Sequence record: NC_020851.1
DNA: 64,000 nt
Reading direction: 5' to 3' (one strand)
This document shows positions 30,750 to 39,935 of the stretch, piece by piece; the first letter of the stretch is position 1; the number at the start of each line of letters is the position of its first letter. The position numbers and the translations under genes are program-made. The notes beneath the pieces are model-generated. The model did no database searches. It saw only the letters and a list, made by a program, of their open reading frames with translations, and was not told the DNA's origin.

Positions 30750-31070
30750 TCAGTTGTTCTCCTCGGTCACGTCTACCACTTCAGATTTATATTCAACGCG
30801 TCTTTTAGTGGACTCTTTGTTCCTCTCCCACCGGATAATATGTTGCAACCTGTGGCTGTAAGACATTGGGTCTTGTACAAAAAACTGCTCTATGGTCAGG
30901 TCAGCCAAGAGTTTTTCTGTTTCAGACCGTATCTCCTTTTCAAGTTGAAGGGTTAAATCTGTAACGACTACATCTGTAATTTTTTGTTTAATTAAATCTA
31001 GACATCTCTCAGTTGCTAAATCCAGAACAGAAAAAGTTTCTTGTGCCGATTGGTGTTGTTGATTAGTCAT
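30750..31070 (-). CDS. hypothetical protein
   Basis: 106-aa ORF, ATGA overlap. Confidence 0.6.
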   Translation of the reverse strand: MTNQQHQSAQETFSVLDLATERCLDLIKQKITDVVVTDLTLQLEKEIRSETEKLLADLTIEQFFVQDPMSYSHRLQHIIRWERNKESTKRRVEYKSEVVDVTEENN

Positions 31071-31321
31071 GATAATTCAATTGGTTGTGATTTGAAATAC
31101 AGTCCGGCAATTTGCATCATATCAATTAACTTTGATTGTATCTCCTCTAATTGTTCTGCATCTACATTATCATCCCAAAAATCTACAATCTCAAACTCAT
31201 CAAAGTTTAATACTAACTGGTCAAATGGAACACGGAATAATTCACCCTCACTACAAACCGTATACATGCAATCATGTTCCTCAACTGTTAAAAATACACC
31301 AGAAAAAGTTAAATCAGTCAT
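31067..31321 (-). CDS. hypothetical protein
   Basis: 84-aa acidic ORF. Confidence 0.6.
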   Translation of the reverse strand: MTDLTFSGVFLTVEEHDCMYTVCSEGELFRVPFDQLVLNFDEFEIVDFWDDNVDAEQLEEIQSKLIDMMQIAGLYFKSQPIELS

Positions 31322-31569
31322 TAGAAATCAAGAGCAAGTTGTTCAAATTCAAGATGGTCACAGCACGTATCATCATCGTGCAAATCAATCATGTCCGTGT
31401 CTGTGTGCTTAAAGAGTTTGTCAAACAAGTCATTCACGAACTCTTGATTCGATTGTTGTTGAGTCATAGTTCTGAAACAGTTTGGAATCACGTTGTGCTA
31501 AGAATAGCAAATAAACACTGAGAGCAAATGTAATACAAATGCCACTCAGCACATACTGAATTACTTTCA

Positions 31570-31839
31570 TCAACCTACTGCCATAGGAGCATACTCTGAA
31601 CGTGGCATTTGATCTAGGTTGAAGTCAGTTACCACCGCACCATTCGCAATACGTGTGTCCCACTCATTACGTGCCGTCAGTGCCGTCACAGTTGAATAAG
31701 ACTTGAGACCATTCTTATTAAATGTGACACGTTTCTGAAAACGTTTGACTGTTACAATCATTCCTTTGTCTTCATCTGCCTCGGCAATGAATGCCTCAGG
31801 AAAGAAATCAACCGTGGTGACGAGTGTGGTGAGTTGCAT
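31570..31839 (-). CDS. conserved cyanophage early protein
   Basis: 89-aa ORF MQLTTLVTTVDFFPEAF behind promoter 31869. Confidence 0.7.
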   Translation of the reverse strand: MQLTTLVTTVDFFPEAFIAEADEDKGMIVTVKRFQKRVTFNKNGLKSYSTVTALTARNEWDTRIANGAVVTDFNLDQMPRSEYAPMAVG

Positions 31840-31868
31840 GTGAGTGGTGTTCCCTTGTTTACCTCTAT

Positions 31869-31924
31869 ATTATAAGGCATACAGAGCACTCTCCAAGGGG
31901 TTCTGTGACAGTTCCTCATCTGTC
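31869..31924 (-). promoter_or_regulatory. early promoter with dyad, embedded in the MTase 3' end
   Basis: -10 TATAAT 31869-74; dyad GACAGTTCCTCATCTGTC 31907-24. Confidence 0.7.
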
Positions 31925-32793
31925 ATACGACCTCTTGCTATTTCTGTATAGTGTTCACTAAGATCTATACCAACAAAGTTTCTATATTGTCTTATGGCAG
32001 AGACTCCAGTGGTGCCACTACCACAAAATGGGTCAAGGACAATAGAATTGGCAGGAGAATAGATCTTAATAAGATATTCCATTAATGATACTGGTTTAAC
32101 TGTAGGATGATCATTATTTTCCCCCTTTTCTTTCTTTGTTGCTCTTGGTGCATAAAAATATTTTTGCTCAGAAGGTTGTACTTCACCAATAATATTCATT
32201 GGATAACGTCCTGCAGCATTACCACCGGTAGTTTCTTTTGGTATTGGTTCATTTGTAGATGGATCAATCCAATATTCTTCTTTAGTTTCAATATTACATG
32301 CCTTATTCTGAATACCACCAAATACTCTACGTTTCTCACCACCTTTGATCCATCCTGTTGGTGGTTTACCATCCCATGGCACTCTGCTATTCTCAATATC
32401 AATTAGACCACAACCCCATTTCTCATGATTCTCTTTGAGAGAACCTTCGTAAGGTTTCTGTCCTACTACAATCGGTTCGTGTGCTGGTTTCAATCTATTA
32501 TATTTTGCCATCTTTGTGGTTGTCATCCACATAATCTGATCTTTAATAACAAACCCGGCATCCTCTACATTACATGCCAATCGATGATATAATTCCGGAG
32601 AACAAAATGCAAGACAAAAAGCACCTGGTCGCAAAGTTCTATAAACCTCACGCCAGATGTCTACATCGGGAACAGAATGATCCCAATGATCCATACCCAT
32701 ACCATATGGGGGATCAGTGATACATGAATGGAAATAGTTCTCCCCATAAGTGGAGAGAACTTCTTTACAATTACCAGTTATAATTGAGTACAT
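31870..32793 (-). CDS. beta-class amino (N6-A/N4-C) DNA methyltransferase; probable start 32793
   Basis: motif IV DPPY near N-terminus, HPTVKP, motif I DPFCGSGTTG near C-terminus. Confidence 0.9.
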   Translation of the reverse strand: MYSIITGNCKEVLSTYGENYFHSCITDPPYGMGMDHWDHSVPDVDIWREVYRTLRPGAFCLAFCSPELYHRLACNVEDAGFVIKDQIMWMTTTKMAKYNRLKPAHEPIVVGQKPYEGSLKENHEKWGCGLIDIENSRVPWDGKPPTGWIKGGEKRRVFGGIQNKACNIETKEEYWIDPSTNEPIPKETTGGNAAGRYPMNIIGEVQPSEQKYFYAPRATKKEKGENNDHPTVKPVSLMEYLIKIYSPANSIVLDPFCGSGTTGVSAIRQYRNFVGIDLSEHYTEIARGRMTDEELSQNPLESALYAL

Positions 32794-33301
32794 TAGATTC
32801 GCACTGTTGACGTTCAAAGTGTTTGAAGTAGTCTTTTTTACCCGCACCATTTTGAACATACATGTTGCGGATATAAAAATCAAAACCACGGGAATCTTCC
32901 TGCCATTCTTCATCCATTTGATGAAGTTTCAGAACTGCATTCAATTCTTCAGTTAGATTATTGAACTGTTGACGTTTCTTGGTAGAAACTACATCATCGG
33001 CAAAGAAGATTGTTGTTTGATTATAACGATTACTGCTAAAGATGTAAACAACACCTCCTTTCGGCAATCCACCATTATAAGTGGGAAAAGTTTGCTTAGA
33101 AGACTTACACTCAATGTCAACGGTTTTACCGTTTTCAAGGAAAACTCGGAAGTCTGGTGAGTTGTGGGTTCCGTTAGGTTGAGCAATATATCGGAATCCG
33201 TGCTTAATCAACAGATCCTCTACCTGCTGTTCATGAAATGGATTGTCCTGAGAATTAGACTTGTAAGGGAGGAGCAGAACCTCTTGCCAGAATTTTTTCA
33301 T
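32771..33301 (-). CDS. PD-(D/E)xK restriction-endonuclease-like protein
   Basis: QPNGTHNSPDF-x11-IECKSS; stop overlaps MTase start by 23 nt. Confidence 0.7.
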   Translation of the reverse strand: MKKFWQEVLLLPYKSNSQDNPFHEQQVEDLLIKHGFRYIAQPNGTHNSPDFRVFLENGKTVDIECKSSKQTFPTYNGGLPKGGVVYIFSSNRYNQTTIFFADDVVSTKKRQQFNNLTEELNAVLKLHQMDEEWQEDSRGFDFYIRNMYVQNGAGKKDYFKHFERQQCESNVLNYNW

Positions 33302-33343
33302 GTTGAACTCGGACTTGATTGCCCGTTGTTTGTTTACCTTGTT

Positions 33344-33410
33344 ATTATAACCCCATATTGCCCGGAGGTCAAGGAGTTTTGGAAGAATTGACCCGGTTTG
33401 CCGACTGGCA
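33344..33410 (-). promoter_or_regulatory. sigma70 early promoter of the nuclease-MTase pair
   Basis: TTGACC-17-TATAAT; weak dyad upstream. Confidence 0.75.
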
Positions 33411-33414
33411 CACT

Positions 33415-33840
33415 CTATTTCTCATTTAACCACAGATCATATAGCCTTACTTCTTCTTCCCGTGCCTCAATTTCATGTGGTTGATCCTTATAATCGTAAT
33501 TTTGCACTGGTTCGAGTGAATAACACAATTTTCCATATCGGGATCGCAGGTCACCACGTATCCACTGTGCCAGATGGGTCAGTTCATGAAAAAGAGTTTT
33601 TACATACGTTTCCTTATCCATATGTGCCTGAAGTTCAATCAGGAAGTGTCGTGGTCGATAATATCCATCCATCACATCACAATACCCAACAACACCTTCA
33701 CGTTTCAGTCCTTTATGAATAATATCCACATCAATTTTATGTCGTGGAAAGTATTCATTCAAAAACCAAGAGGTAACATCCTCACAGATGATCTTAGAAT
33801 AACCGTATCCAAAATGGTAGATGCTAGACATGTTCCCCAA
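33415..33840 (-). CDS. zincin-like metallopeptidase
   Basis: LFHELTHLAQ (HExxH) and PHEIEA. Confidence 0.65.
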   Translation of the reverse strand: MGNMSSIYHFGYGYSKIICEDVTSWFLNEYFPRHKIDVDIIHKGLKREGVVGYCDVMDGYYRPRHFLIELQAHMDKETYVKTLFHELTHLAQWIRGDLRSRYGKLCYSLEPVQNYDYKDQPHEIEAREEEVRLYDLWLNEK

Positions 33841-34044
33841 TGTAAAAACCAGATAAAAGATGAGACGAATAAAAGTTTTTCTTTTGATGTCATGCTGGTG
33901 TTACACTCCATTCATCAGTTGGAACCATTGTGTCAATGACATGCTTAACATTTTCAATTCCGTAAACTACAACCTCCTGAGTTGAAGTGTAACCATTTTT
34001 CTTCTCACGTTTCCATGAGACAATCCATCGATCACAAGATACTT

Positions 34045-34242
34045 TCATTGTTGAACTGCGGCAATTGTGTGATAAAACATGTAGACACCAAATGATAGAA
34101 GAGGAAGAGGAACAATAACTCCTTGTAAGATAGGATTTTTAATCATATGGACACAAAACATAATCCATCCGACAAAAATACCAGCCGTGGCAACAATGAA
34201 TGCCATGGCACCAATTGCCTTAAGAAGAATACCAAAATCCAT
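34045..34242 (-). CDS. small two-TM membrane protein
   Basis: MDFGILLKAIG...MIKNPILQGVIVPLPLL. Confidence 0.6.
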   Translation of the reverse strand: MDFGILLKAIGAMAFIVATAGIFVGWIMFCVHMIKNPILQGVIVPLPLLSFGVYMFYHTIAAVQQ

Positions 34243-34244
34243 GA

Positions 34245-34634
34245 TCAAGCACCCTGATAGTATGCGTTGCGGTAGAGATATCCACCTGCCCAATCACAAT
34301 TCTCCAACACAAACTCACGTTCTTCGATGATTAGCAGATTGAAACGCACTCCTTTTGCTGGTGCTTTGATTGATGCTGCCTTGTATACTTCACCAGTTTT
34401 CTTATCAATGAAGGCATGAACTGATTCAGTTTGACCATCGACACACTGCATCACTTTGTGATACTTGCGACCAGAAATCAGTGCATAAGAATAGTTGCGA
34501 CCACTATTTGGATACTGACGTTGATGACTTTGCTGGAGAGCATCACAAAGCATCAGACCATACTTGGTGACATTCAACTGAATGGTGTTCTGAGCATCTT
34601 TCTGGGCAACGTAGTCGGTGAAGGTGGCAGTCAT
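34245..34634 (-). CDS. conserved phage early protein (start 34634)
   Basis: GRKYHKV...SVHAFIDKKTGEVYKAASIKAPAKGVRFNL. Confidence 0.75.
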   Translation of the reverse strand: MTATFTDYVAQKDAQNTIQLNVTKYGLMLCDALQQSHQRQYPNSGRNYSYALISGRKYHKVMQCVDGQTESVHAFIDKKTGEVYKAASIKAPAKGVRFNLLIIEEREFVLENCDWAGGYLYRNAYYQGA

Positions 34635-34655
34635 GGTGTTATCTGAACTGTGTTC

Positions 34656-34712
34656 AGTATAAAGGATTTTGGTGGGGTTTGGTAGAGCAATCATGACACT
34701 TTACTAACTGGC
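34656..34712 (-). promoter_or_regulatory. early promoter with dyad
   Basis: -10 TATACT 34656-61; dyad 34695-712. Confidence 0.65.
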
Positions 34713-34879
34713 ACAGAAAGAGTTGCTTCAACTTCTTTAATGTTCAAACCACAGAGTTGATTGTAAACTCGATTGACAATGAGATCGGTGGCTCTCTTAG
34801 CACGACTGGTCTCATACCAAATAGTCGTGCAACCATCATAAGTCTCAACACGAATACGGTAGGTCTTGGTGACAGTCAT
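34691..34879 (-). CDS. small early protein
   Basis: MTVTKTYRIRVETYDG. Confidence 0.6.
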   Translation of the reverse strand: MTVTKTYRIRVETYDGCTTIWYETSRAKRATDLIVNRVYNQLCGLNIKEVEATLSVPVSKVS

Positions 34880-34903
34880 GGGTGGTTTCCCTTGTATGAA
34901 TGT

Positions 34904-34959
34904 ATTATAGAGCATCCTGAGAGGGTTTCAGGATGCTGTGTGACACTTGCCTGACTGTT
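34904..34959 (-). promoter_or_regulatory. early promoter with dyad
   Basis: -10 TATAAT 34904-09; dyad 34942-59; core nearly identical to promoter at 35588. Confidence 0.7.
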
Positions 34960-35146
34960 ACATCGCAAGAGATGCGGCACAATCAGAGATTTCTTTCATT
35001 CCTTCCTTGTCAGTCTCTATGTAGAGAAGACCGCATTCATCAATCCACCACCCTTTGATGTAGGCAGTATCTATGTGCATGGTCACGTCGTTGTTGTTTT
35101 TGTTGCCGATTCCACTTGTGAATCCGATACCTTTTGAGTAACTCAT
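34958..35146 (-). CDS. hypothetical protein
   Basis: 62-aa ORF. Confidence 0.5.
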   Translation of the reverse strand: MSYSKGIGFTSGIGNKNNNDVTMHIDTAYIKGWWIDECGLLYIETDKEGMKEISDCAASLAM

Positions 35147-35562
35147 TAGACTGCCAGTGCTCCAGCAGGGATTTCCACAGGTTCTGGTGCTACCATATCT
35201 TCAAACTGATGCATGTCATAAGCAAACCAGTTACCATTACGGAAGATATAGGAGTATTCTTCACCATCAGAGAAAAACTCTTCCATATCTTTATCAAGAC
35301 GTGGTGCATTATCTTCAAGAGATTCACCACGCATAGTATAATACAGAGCACCAGTCTCAGGCAGAGTTTCATTACTCCAACCGGCATTAGTCCAGGTGCA
35401 GGACATATTACCACCGTCAATCAGTCCTTTTACTTTCTCAACGGTATCATAGTTATCACGCAGAACTTTACCATTGAACGCAGGATAACCATCATAATGA
35501 CAATAAACAGAAACGATGCTCTGATCTTGAAGTTCGATACCAATTCTGCTGCGGGTGCCCAT
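35146..35562 (-). CDS. conserved phage early protein
   Basis: MGTRSRIGI...VYCHYDGYP. Confidence 0.75.
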   Translation of the reverse strand: MGTRSRIGIELQDQSIVSVYCHYDGYPAFNGKVLRDNYDTVEKVKGLIDGGNMSCTWTNAGWSNETLPETGALYYTMRGESLEDNAPRLDKDMEEFFSDGEEYSYIFRNGNWFAYDMHQFEDMVAPEPVEIPAGALAV

Positions 35563-35587
35563 GGTGCCTTTGCTTGATTACCTCTAT

Positions 35588-35643
35588 ATTATAGAGCATC
35601 CTGAGAGGGTTTCAAGATGCTGTGTGCCACTAAAAGAACTGTT
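35588..35643 (-). promoter_or_regulatory. early promoter with dyad
   Basis: TTGAAA-16-TATAAT; dyad 35626-43. Confidence 0.7.
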
Positions 35644-36094
35644 CTACTCCCTGTGCTTCACCGAAACTGTAATCATATTTTAGAGCATCGTAGCAAATGT
35701 AGTGCGGGTGATCGACAGATACCCCCAGACGTTGACACATTTCAGCATGATTGTCTTCCATAAGCTCAACGGCATAGAGCATGTTGTTGATGATGTGATC
35801 ATAATCGTGATATTCAATCAGTTTATCACGCAGAGCAATCATAAAATTACCAGAACCAGCAGAATTATCAAGAAATGTAGACTCTGGGTTCTTCAGTCTT
35901 TCTTCTGGCAAACTATTTACCATTTGACGACATACTTCAATCGGTGTGAATACTTCTTGAGTAACTTTGATGCGTTCATCAGATCTCTCAATCGAAGATC
36001 CCACCTCCTGATTGTGTTTGTTTTTGGTATTCTTCGATGATTTCACCTTTTGAGACGTGGTTTCTTCCATTTGTGTTTGCACCAATTCTAACAA
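35630..36094 (-). CDS. stand-alone SAM-binding half of an N6-adenine MTase
   Basis: EVFTP (motif X), FLDNSAGSGNF (motif I), LYAVEL (motif II); no NPPY. Confidence 0.75.
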   Translation of the reverse strand: MLELVQTQMEETTSQKVKSSKNTKNKHNQEVGSSIERSDERIKVTQEVFTPIEVCRQMVNSLPEERLKNPESTFLDNSAGSGNFMIALRDKLIEYHDYDHIINNMLYAVELMEDNHAEMCQRLGVSVDHPHYICYDALKYDYSFGEAQGVEQFF

Positions 36095-37367
36095 GTTCTT
36101 CCTCCAATGATATCAAAGTTTCTACTACATTTTCATTCTTTGCCTGTATAAAGAAATGATCAAGTTGCTCACCTTTCTTAGGCAAATACTTCTCAAACTT
36201 AGACCTAATCATTCTACCAGCATTGCCAGAACGAATAATAACAAGATCTACCCGCACTTTACCAGTCACGACATCCTTATAATCAAGGAAATCAAAGTCT
36301 GGGTGATTAGTAATAATCTCAATTTTCTGCCTATGATTATCACCAATACGCCACTCTTGAATAGCAGCATGAATACCAACAGGGAAAGTGCCCTTCTCAC
36401 AGTCAACATCACTCACACACTCAAGATATGGATTACGTTTGATAATCTTGTTCTGACTACCATTCTTTCTCAAAGAGATAGGCACAATCTGAAGAATCAT
36501 ACCATCATCTTTCAGTGTTTCAGAGGACTTTGCCAGAAAATCTATAGCAAGATTGCCACCATTACCGTAAGGATAGTTACCAATAACTACATCAAACTTT
36601 TTCTTCATATCAAAAAACTCTTCTTCGGTAATAAGATTGATGTCATCAAATTTATTCCCCAACAGTTCTTTACATCCATAGAAATACTCATAGTCTTTTT
36701 CAGTATATATGTTACTGAAACCTTGCTGAACAAGGTAGTCACAGAACCGACCATAAGCATCCTTTGGAATATAAATCATAGCATCTTTCGGCAAATGTTG
36801 CAACTGATCGCACATATCATATACTGCAAAACGTTGTGGGATGCGAAACATATCCTCCTCACGTTTCTTTGCCTTCTTCTGCTCTATGCTAGGACTAATG
36901 CCAAACATCTTCTCAAAGTTATAGTAATAATCATTCAATTTCTGAATCTCATTACCAAGAATAAAGAGTGCTGTGTCAAGATCCTTAATATTAGCATTAG
37001 ATACTAGCTCTGGAGATCCACCATAAGGATTTTTAATAAAACCATATTTTCGCATAACTTCCCTAATCTCATGGTCTTTAAGATCTGGATGCACATCCCA
37101 AGAATCATGAAATATAGGTTTGTCTGGACATTTGGAATAATCACCATCAGAGAATCGACTCATACATTCACCTACAACCCTTTTTCCATTATCTCTAGCT
37201 GGGTCAGTTTGACCAATATAAAAACAAAAGTCCCTCAAACCAAGAGCAATTAGTTCAATCCAACTTTCAAATTGGTGACAATAGATTCGATTCTTTTTCT
37301 CAGTCATAGTCACATCAGAATAAAAAGGTTCATTCCCACGAATTACATCAACCAGTGCGTTAGACAT
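35988..37367 (-). CDS. GIY-YIG-like N-terminus fused to MTase catalytic/TRD region with degenerate motif I
   Basis: FYIGQT; IYIPKDAYGRF in place of motif I; FDVVIGNYPY (motif IV); LKDDG..LQIVP. Confidence 0.6.
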   Translation of the reverse strand: MSNALVDVIRGNEPFYSDVTMTEKKNRIYCHQFESWIELIALGLRDFCFYIGQTDPARDNGKRVVGECMSRFSDGDYSKCPDKPIFHDSWDVHPDLKDHEIREVMRKYGFIKNPYGGSPELVSNANIKDLDTALFILGNEIQKLNDYYYNFEKMFGISPSIEQKKAKKREEDMFRIPQRFAVYDMCDQLQHLPKDAMIYIPKDAYGRFCDYLVQQGFSNIYTEKDYEYFYGCKELLGNKFDDINLITEEEFFDMKKKFDVVIGNYPYGNGGNLAIDFLAKSSETLKDDGMILQIVPISLRKNGSQNKIIKRNPYLECVSDVDCEKGTFPVGIHAAIQEWRIGDNHRQKIEIITNHPDFDFLDYKDVVTGKVRVDLVIIRSGNAGRMIRSKFEKYLPKKGEQLDHFFIQAKNENVVETLISLEEELVRIGANTNGRNHVSKGEIIEEYQKQTQSGGGIFD

Positions 37368-37386
37368 TACAAAATTTCTTTCTACA

Positions 37387-37440
37387 ATTATACAATAAAA
37401 AAGACCCTGTAAGGGTCAGTGTGACACTTCTCAAACTGTC
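37387..37440 (-). promoter_or_regulatory. early promoter with dyad
   Basis: -10 TATAAT 37387-92; dyad 37423-40. Confidence 0.7.
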
Positions 37441-37444
37441 CCAA

Positions 37445-37672
37445 TCAGTCTTCATAAACTAGACATTCGGGTTCTGATGGATTGGCATCACAATACAGTT
37501 CTAATGGTGTCGGGTCATGATGATCACCTGCCTCAATCTCTGCCTTATGATGTTCTACATAATCTTCTAGTTCATGTAGTTCACCTTCAATATGTCTCCT
37601 TTGTTGTGGAGAAATTGTTGGGTTTTCAAGGATTTCTTTGTCCTTTGCGATATGGGTTTCGATATTTTCCAT
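37445..37672 (-). CDS. cp12: CP12 Calvin-cycle inhibitor (auxiliary metabolic gene)
   Basis: 75 aa ending LELYCDANPSEPECLVYED, the CP12 C-terminal Cys pair. Confidence 0.9.
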   Translation of the reverse strand: MENIETHIAKDKEILENPTISPQQRRHIEGELHELEDYVEHHKAEIEAGDHHDPTPLELYCDANPSEPECLVYED

Positions 37673-37693
37673 TGTGTTATTGTTTTTCTGTTT

Positions 37694-37891
37694 TTATTTA
37701 TTTTGCTTTTTTACTTTTTCTACCAAATAATCAGCAAGAGCTTCCATTCTTTCTGGGTGAATCGCACGAATACCTGCCTCTTTTAGGGCAATTTTCATGC
37801 TTTTTTCTTCATTTTCGGTCAATTTCCTGCCGTTTTTTGGTAAAGTCATAGATTTCTTGTGAAGTGTTGATATTCTAACATTAGAATCCAA
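37694..37891 (-). CDS. hypothetical protein
   Basis: ORF with KIALKEAGIRAIHPERMEALA. Confidence 0.6.
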   Translation of the reverse strand: MDSNVRISTLHKKSMTLPKNGRKLTENEEKSMKIALKEAGIRAIHPERMEALADYLVEKVKKQNK

Positions 37892-37923
37892 TAGTATCTA
37901 GGAATTTAAGAATTTATTTACAA

Positions 37924-38154
37924 TTATTCATCAGTATTAAACCAAGAACCAAACATACCACTGTCTCCGGGTTTACGATTTTCAAATTTATCGAGAATTT
38001 CATCAGTTTGGATGACTGATTCTATTTTACCAATCATATCTGCAATAGTGCTACAAACCATTGGTCTTTCTTGTCTTGCAGCAAATGCAAGTGCATTACG
38101 AAGTGATTGTTCTGCATCTCTAAGTGATGCTTCGACTGATTGTGAGAGTGCCAT
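37924..38154 (-). CDS. conserved cyanophage hypothetical protein
   Basis: MALSQSVEASLRDAEQSLRNALAFAARQERP. Confidence 0.7.
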   Translation of the reverse strand: MALSQSVEASLRDAEQSLRNALAFAARQERPMVCSTIADMIGKIESVIQTDEILDKFENRKPGDSGMFGSWFNTDE

Positions 38155-38156
38155 AA

Positions 38157-38375
38157 TTACTTCTTAAATGGATTTGGTCTGTTTAAATCATTACGATTAT
38201 AATCATAATAATATTTTGAATGTAATTCTTTTTCTGTTGTCAGTGGTTCAATTTCTTCCATTTCATTCCATATCTTTTCAAGATCTTCAGAACTCCATTC
38301 GTCATAAAAGTTCCAAAAATCCTCCCAATCTTTTGGGGAATTGGTAACATCTTCATTCATGAGAATTAAGTTCAT
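38157..38375 (-). CDS. hypothetical protein
   Basis: 72-aa ORF. Confidence 0.55.
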   Translation of the reverse strand: MNLILMNEDVTNSPKDWEDFWNFYDEWSSEDLEKIWNEMEEIEPLTTEKELHSKYYYDYNRNDLNRPNPFKK

Positions 38376-38506
38376 CTTTAATTGCTTGTTCCATGAAAGA
38401 TTGAATTTCTTTACTGGTCATTGTATTTAACCAACTCCAGTTAGGATCTTCTTTATCCCATTCAATATCAAATGAACCATCTTTATTTTGATTAACTTTA
38501 AGAGAA

Positions 38507-38692
38507 TCAGCACTCATCTTTCTTAAATTGTTTACGACACTTTTTTACTTCCTTGAGTTCATCTTTTATCATTTTATATGCATCATCTGGACTAATGCGT
38601 TTTGATACTTCCATAGCAGTAATGATTTCTACTCTTGTACCAAAATGCTTTAATGCTTCTTCAAAGCAGTTCAGCTCGGAATACATAATCAC
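38507..38692 (-). CDS. conserved cyanophage hypothetical protein
   Basis: FEEALKHFGTRVEIITAME. Confidence 0.7.
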   Translation of the reverse strand: MIMYSELNCFEEALKHFGTRVEIITAMEVSKRISPDDAYKMIKDELKEVKKCRKQFKKDEC

Positions 38693-38943
38693 AAATCCTT
38701 ATAGGATCCTCCACCAGAAACAACTATTGTATGATTATCTAGGGTTCCATCCTGCTCACATTTGAGATGAAATCTTGTCATAATGATTACATTATCCCTA
38801 ACAGCACCAGTGAGCATTTGACGACCTTGTTTAGTCATCGAAGAAAACAAACCGTAACGAGTTTCCCAAACATAGAAACACTCATCAATAAGTTCAGCAC
38901 CTTCTGGTATAATGACTTCTGGTTTTGTATCAGTCTGAATCAT
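38689..38943 (-). CDS. hypothetical protein
   Basis: IDECFYVWETRYGLFSS. Confidence 0.65.
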   Translation of the reverse strand: MIQTDTKPEVIIPEGAELIDECFYVWETRYGLFSSMTKQGRQMLTGAVRDNVIIMTRFHLKCEQDGTLDNHTIVVSGGGSYKDL

Positions 38944-39157
38944 TGTTCTCTTCCGGTGGTTTTTTATTAAATCCAAATGGTCCTACTTTAGTTTCAGACC
39001 TTTTCTTCATAACAACACCAGCAAGAGACTCCATAATTTTAAGGATGTCTTCTGCCTTAGCACCTTCACCAAGTTCTTTGGCAACATAAAAATACTTATC
39101 AAAGAACTCTTGACTGTGCTCTTTATAGTCTTCGACTGTGATTGGTTGGTCTTTCAT
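38930..39157 (-). CDS. hypothetical protein
   Basis: 75-aa ORF. Confidence 0.65.
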   Translation of the reverse strand: MKDQPITVEDYKEHSQEFFDKYFYVAKELGEGAKAEDILKIMESLAGVVMKKRSETKVGPFGFNKKPPEENNDSD

Positions 39158-39416
39158 TTTCCTCCTGTATCATAGTTTAGTTGATCATCTTGTGCTTTCA
39201 GATTAGCACGTCTTGCTCTATCATGAAGTTGCTTGAGTGCTTCAGTAACCTCAGGAGTTTCCTCCCAATCCCAAGTTTCACCACCCTTTCCAGTAAATTC
39301 TTTTTAGTCATGGATTTAAAGTTTTGTAGACAGCAGAGATACTCATGTGCCCGTGAATGTATCCTGCGAGTATTATAGCAAAGACGGACAGAAATATCAA
39401 GCCCGTTGTAATTAAG

Positions 39417-39674
39417 TTAGGCAACGGTGAGGTCATTAATTGTGTATTTGTTTTTTCTGAGTTTGTATCGCTTGATGTGTGCTTCTCTGTGTTCATTACA
39501 ATCAAAATGGCAGATTCGATCTTCATTTCCGTCCCTATACTCTAAACGATAAGGGAATGCTTTGAATGGATGCATTTCTTCAGGAGTTAGTTTCTTTTTC
39601 TTGAGAGTTTTTGTTGAACTCTTTGCCTTCACTTTGCGAGTTGTAGTATTCTTCTTTGCTGGCATTCTTCTCAA
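39417..39674 (-). CDS. basic hypothetical protein
   Basis: FPYRLEY...CHFDCNEH. Confidence 0.6.
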   Translation of the reverse strand: MRRMPAKKNTTTRKVKAKSSTKTLKKKKLTPEEMHPFKAFPYRLEYRDGNEDRICHFDCNEHREAHIKRYKLRKNKYTINDLTVA

Positions 39675-39722
39675 TCATTTTTTCATGTTGTTGAGCACCT
39701 AAGTTGTCTAAAAAATCATTAA

Positions 39723-39935
39723 TCATTTGAAACCTTTTACTTCTTTTTTATCTAATACATCAATATGAGAGAGAAAAGATGATGGAGTATTCCACCACAA
39801 TGATTGTGCTTCTCCCCATGATTCTACTGTAAGAGACATACCATTAGTTTTTATAATTTGATAGTGATGTCGATCATAAGGTTCACTGGATGATTCTGTA
39901 AAGAACAATGGGTCAGAGGGATCAATTAAACTCAT
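39723..39935 (-). CDS. hypothetical protein
   Basis: 70-aa ORF. Confidence 0.6.
   Translation of the reverse strand: MSLIDPSDPLFFTESSSEPYDRHHYQIIKTNGMSLTVESWGEAQSLWWNTPSSFLSHIDVLDKKEVKGFK

Noticed and set aside
35988-36094. The two MTase halves being one gene broken by sequencing error
   Set aside because: Fusion needs removal of a base, opposite to the error pattern elsewhere; a GGAGG lies 6 nt before the downstream TTG start
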